Origin: Vitrella brassicaformis CCMP3155
Taxonomy: Eukaryota > Protista > Chromerida
Direction: 5' to 3'
Assembly: GCA_001179505.1 (NCBI GenBank)
Contig: CDMY01000477.1
Span: 248,001 to 312,000 of the forward strand
Length of the DNA stretch: 64,000 nucleotides
Position numbers and translations under genes: made by a program. Positions 63,374 through 64,000 of the stretch are shown piece by piece. The notes under the pieces are model-generated. The model made no database searches. It saw nothing but the letters and a program-made list of their open reading frames with translations, and was not told the origin of the DNA. The first letter of the stretch is position 1. Each line of letters starts with the position of its first letter.

Positions 63374-64000
63374 TCAGTTCAGTACCCCACACACCCACCT
63401 GTTTTTGTCGAAGACTGCATCGGGGGCGAACTGTCCGTGCAGCCCTATCGGCAGGGCATACCGCAGCGGCAGCCGTCTTATCGGCCCCTTGCTGACGTCG
63501 CGCGCCTCAAAGATCAACAACTGCACACATAACACACTCACCCAGCCACCATGCCGCCGCCATGCACACAATGAGGGGCGTGTGTGTGTGTGTGCTGACC
63601 TCCGACTTCATGTCTTTGCCGTTGAAGAGATAGGCCAGGAGGTATCCGTCGTCTTCGCGCGTGTGTGGGTGGGGGTAGGGGGGTCGGCCCTTCTTGGGGG
63701 CGAACACCATCTCGCCCACAAACTCATAAGGCTTGGGCGTCCACATCTAGGTGAGTGACACACGATGGACGGACGATGGATGGACAGAGGCACGGCGTAC
63801 GTCTGTGTGAGTGAGTGTACCTTACCTGTCTCTGCTTTGTGTGGACATCCAGCTTGACGGCCGCCTGGATGGGGCCGCTCGGACCCACCTCGGTCTGCGC
63901 GCCGAACCAAACATACCTACACGCCAGCCACAGCACACGCACCAACAGACAGACACGTCAATGTGTCCTGTGGATCCCTCCCGCCCGCCCTTTTCGCACG
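63374..64000 (-). CDS. Carotenoid oxygenase (CCD/RPE65 family), 3' part
   Basis: EFVGEMVFAPK..EDDGYLLAYLFNG..SE|LLIFEARDVSKGPI..LP..LPIGLHGQF, the typical C-terminal blade with the iron-ligand His. Confidence 0.92.

Noticed and set aside
1-64000. Hundreds of ORFs with CVCVCV, HTHTHT, REREG or MDGWMD runs
   Set aside because: Translations of intronic microsatellites, not proteins
1-64000. rRNA, tRNA or transposase/reverse-transcriptase genes
   Set aside because: None recognised by eye; tRNAscan-SE and Rfam searches would be needed to exclude small RNAs

Overview
Compact, GC-rich, intron-dense eukaryotic DNA with about 20 spliced genes and four 300-N gaps. An alveolate, probably a chromerid such as Vitrella, is inferred from short microsatellite-filled introns, a nuclear plastid-targeted rpl33 and an HPR-type repeat protein. 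Genes in order: cytoplasmic dynein heavy chain 5' end, SLC43-like transporter, Cdc37-motif MYND gene (frameshifted copy), a second MFS transporter, WSC/LamG/lectin mosaic protein, the inverted second MYND copy, cyclophilin, Nudix hydrolase, SpoU methyltransferase, a probably decayed kinase, a NOX/RBOH-like oxidase, ZPR1, an otubain-like protein, HPR protein, DRG2, a secreted Cys-rich protein, TTL-family ligase, plastid rpl33 and a carotenoid oxygenase 3' end. Best leads: (1) many introns carry self-complementary (CA/GA)n...(CT/TG)n arms, suggesting structure-assisted splicing; (2) a NOX with a canonical IQ motif in its dehydrogenase domain; (3) an otubain domain with catalytic Cys replaced by Ser; (4) two long pre-miRNA-like hairpins between convergent genes; (5) a long-TIR element with a 4-bp TSD inside a NOX intron. 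Exon boundaries were read by eye, so gene ends are approximate.
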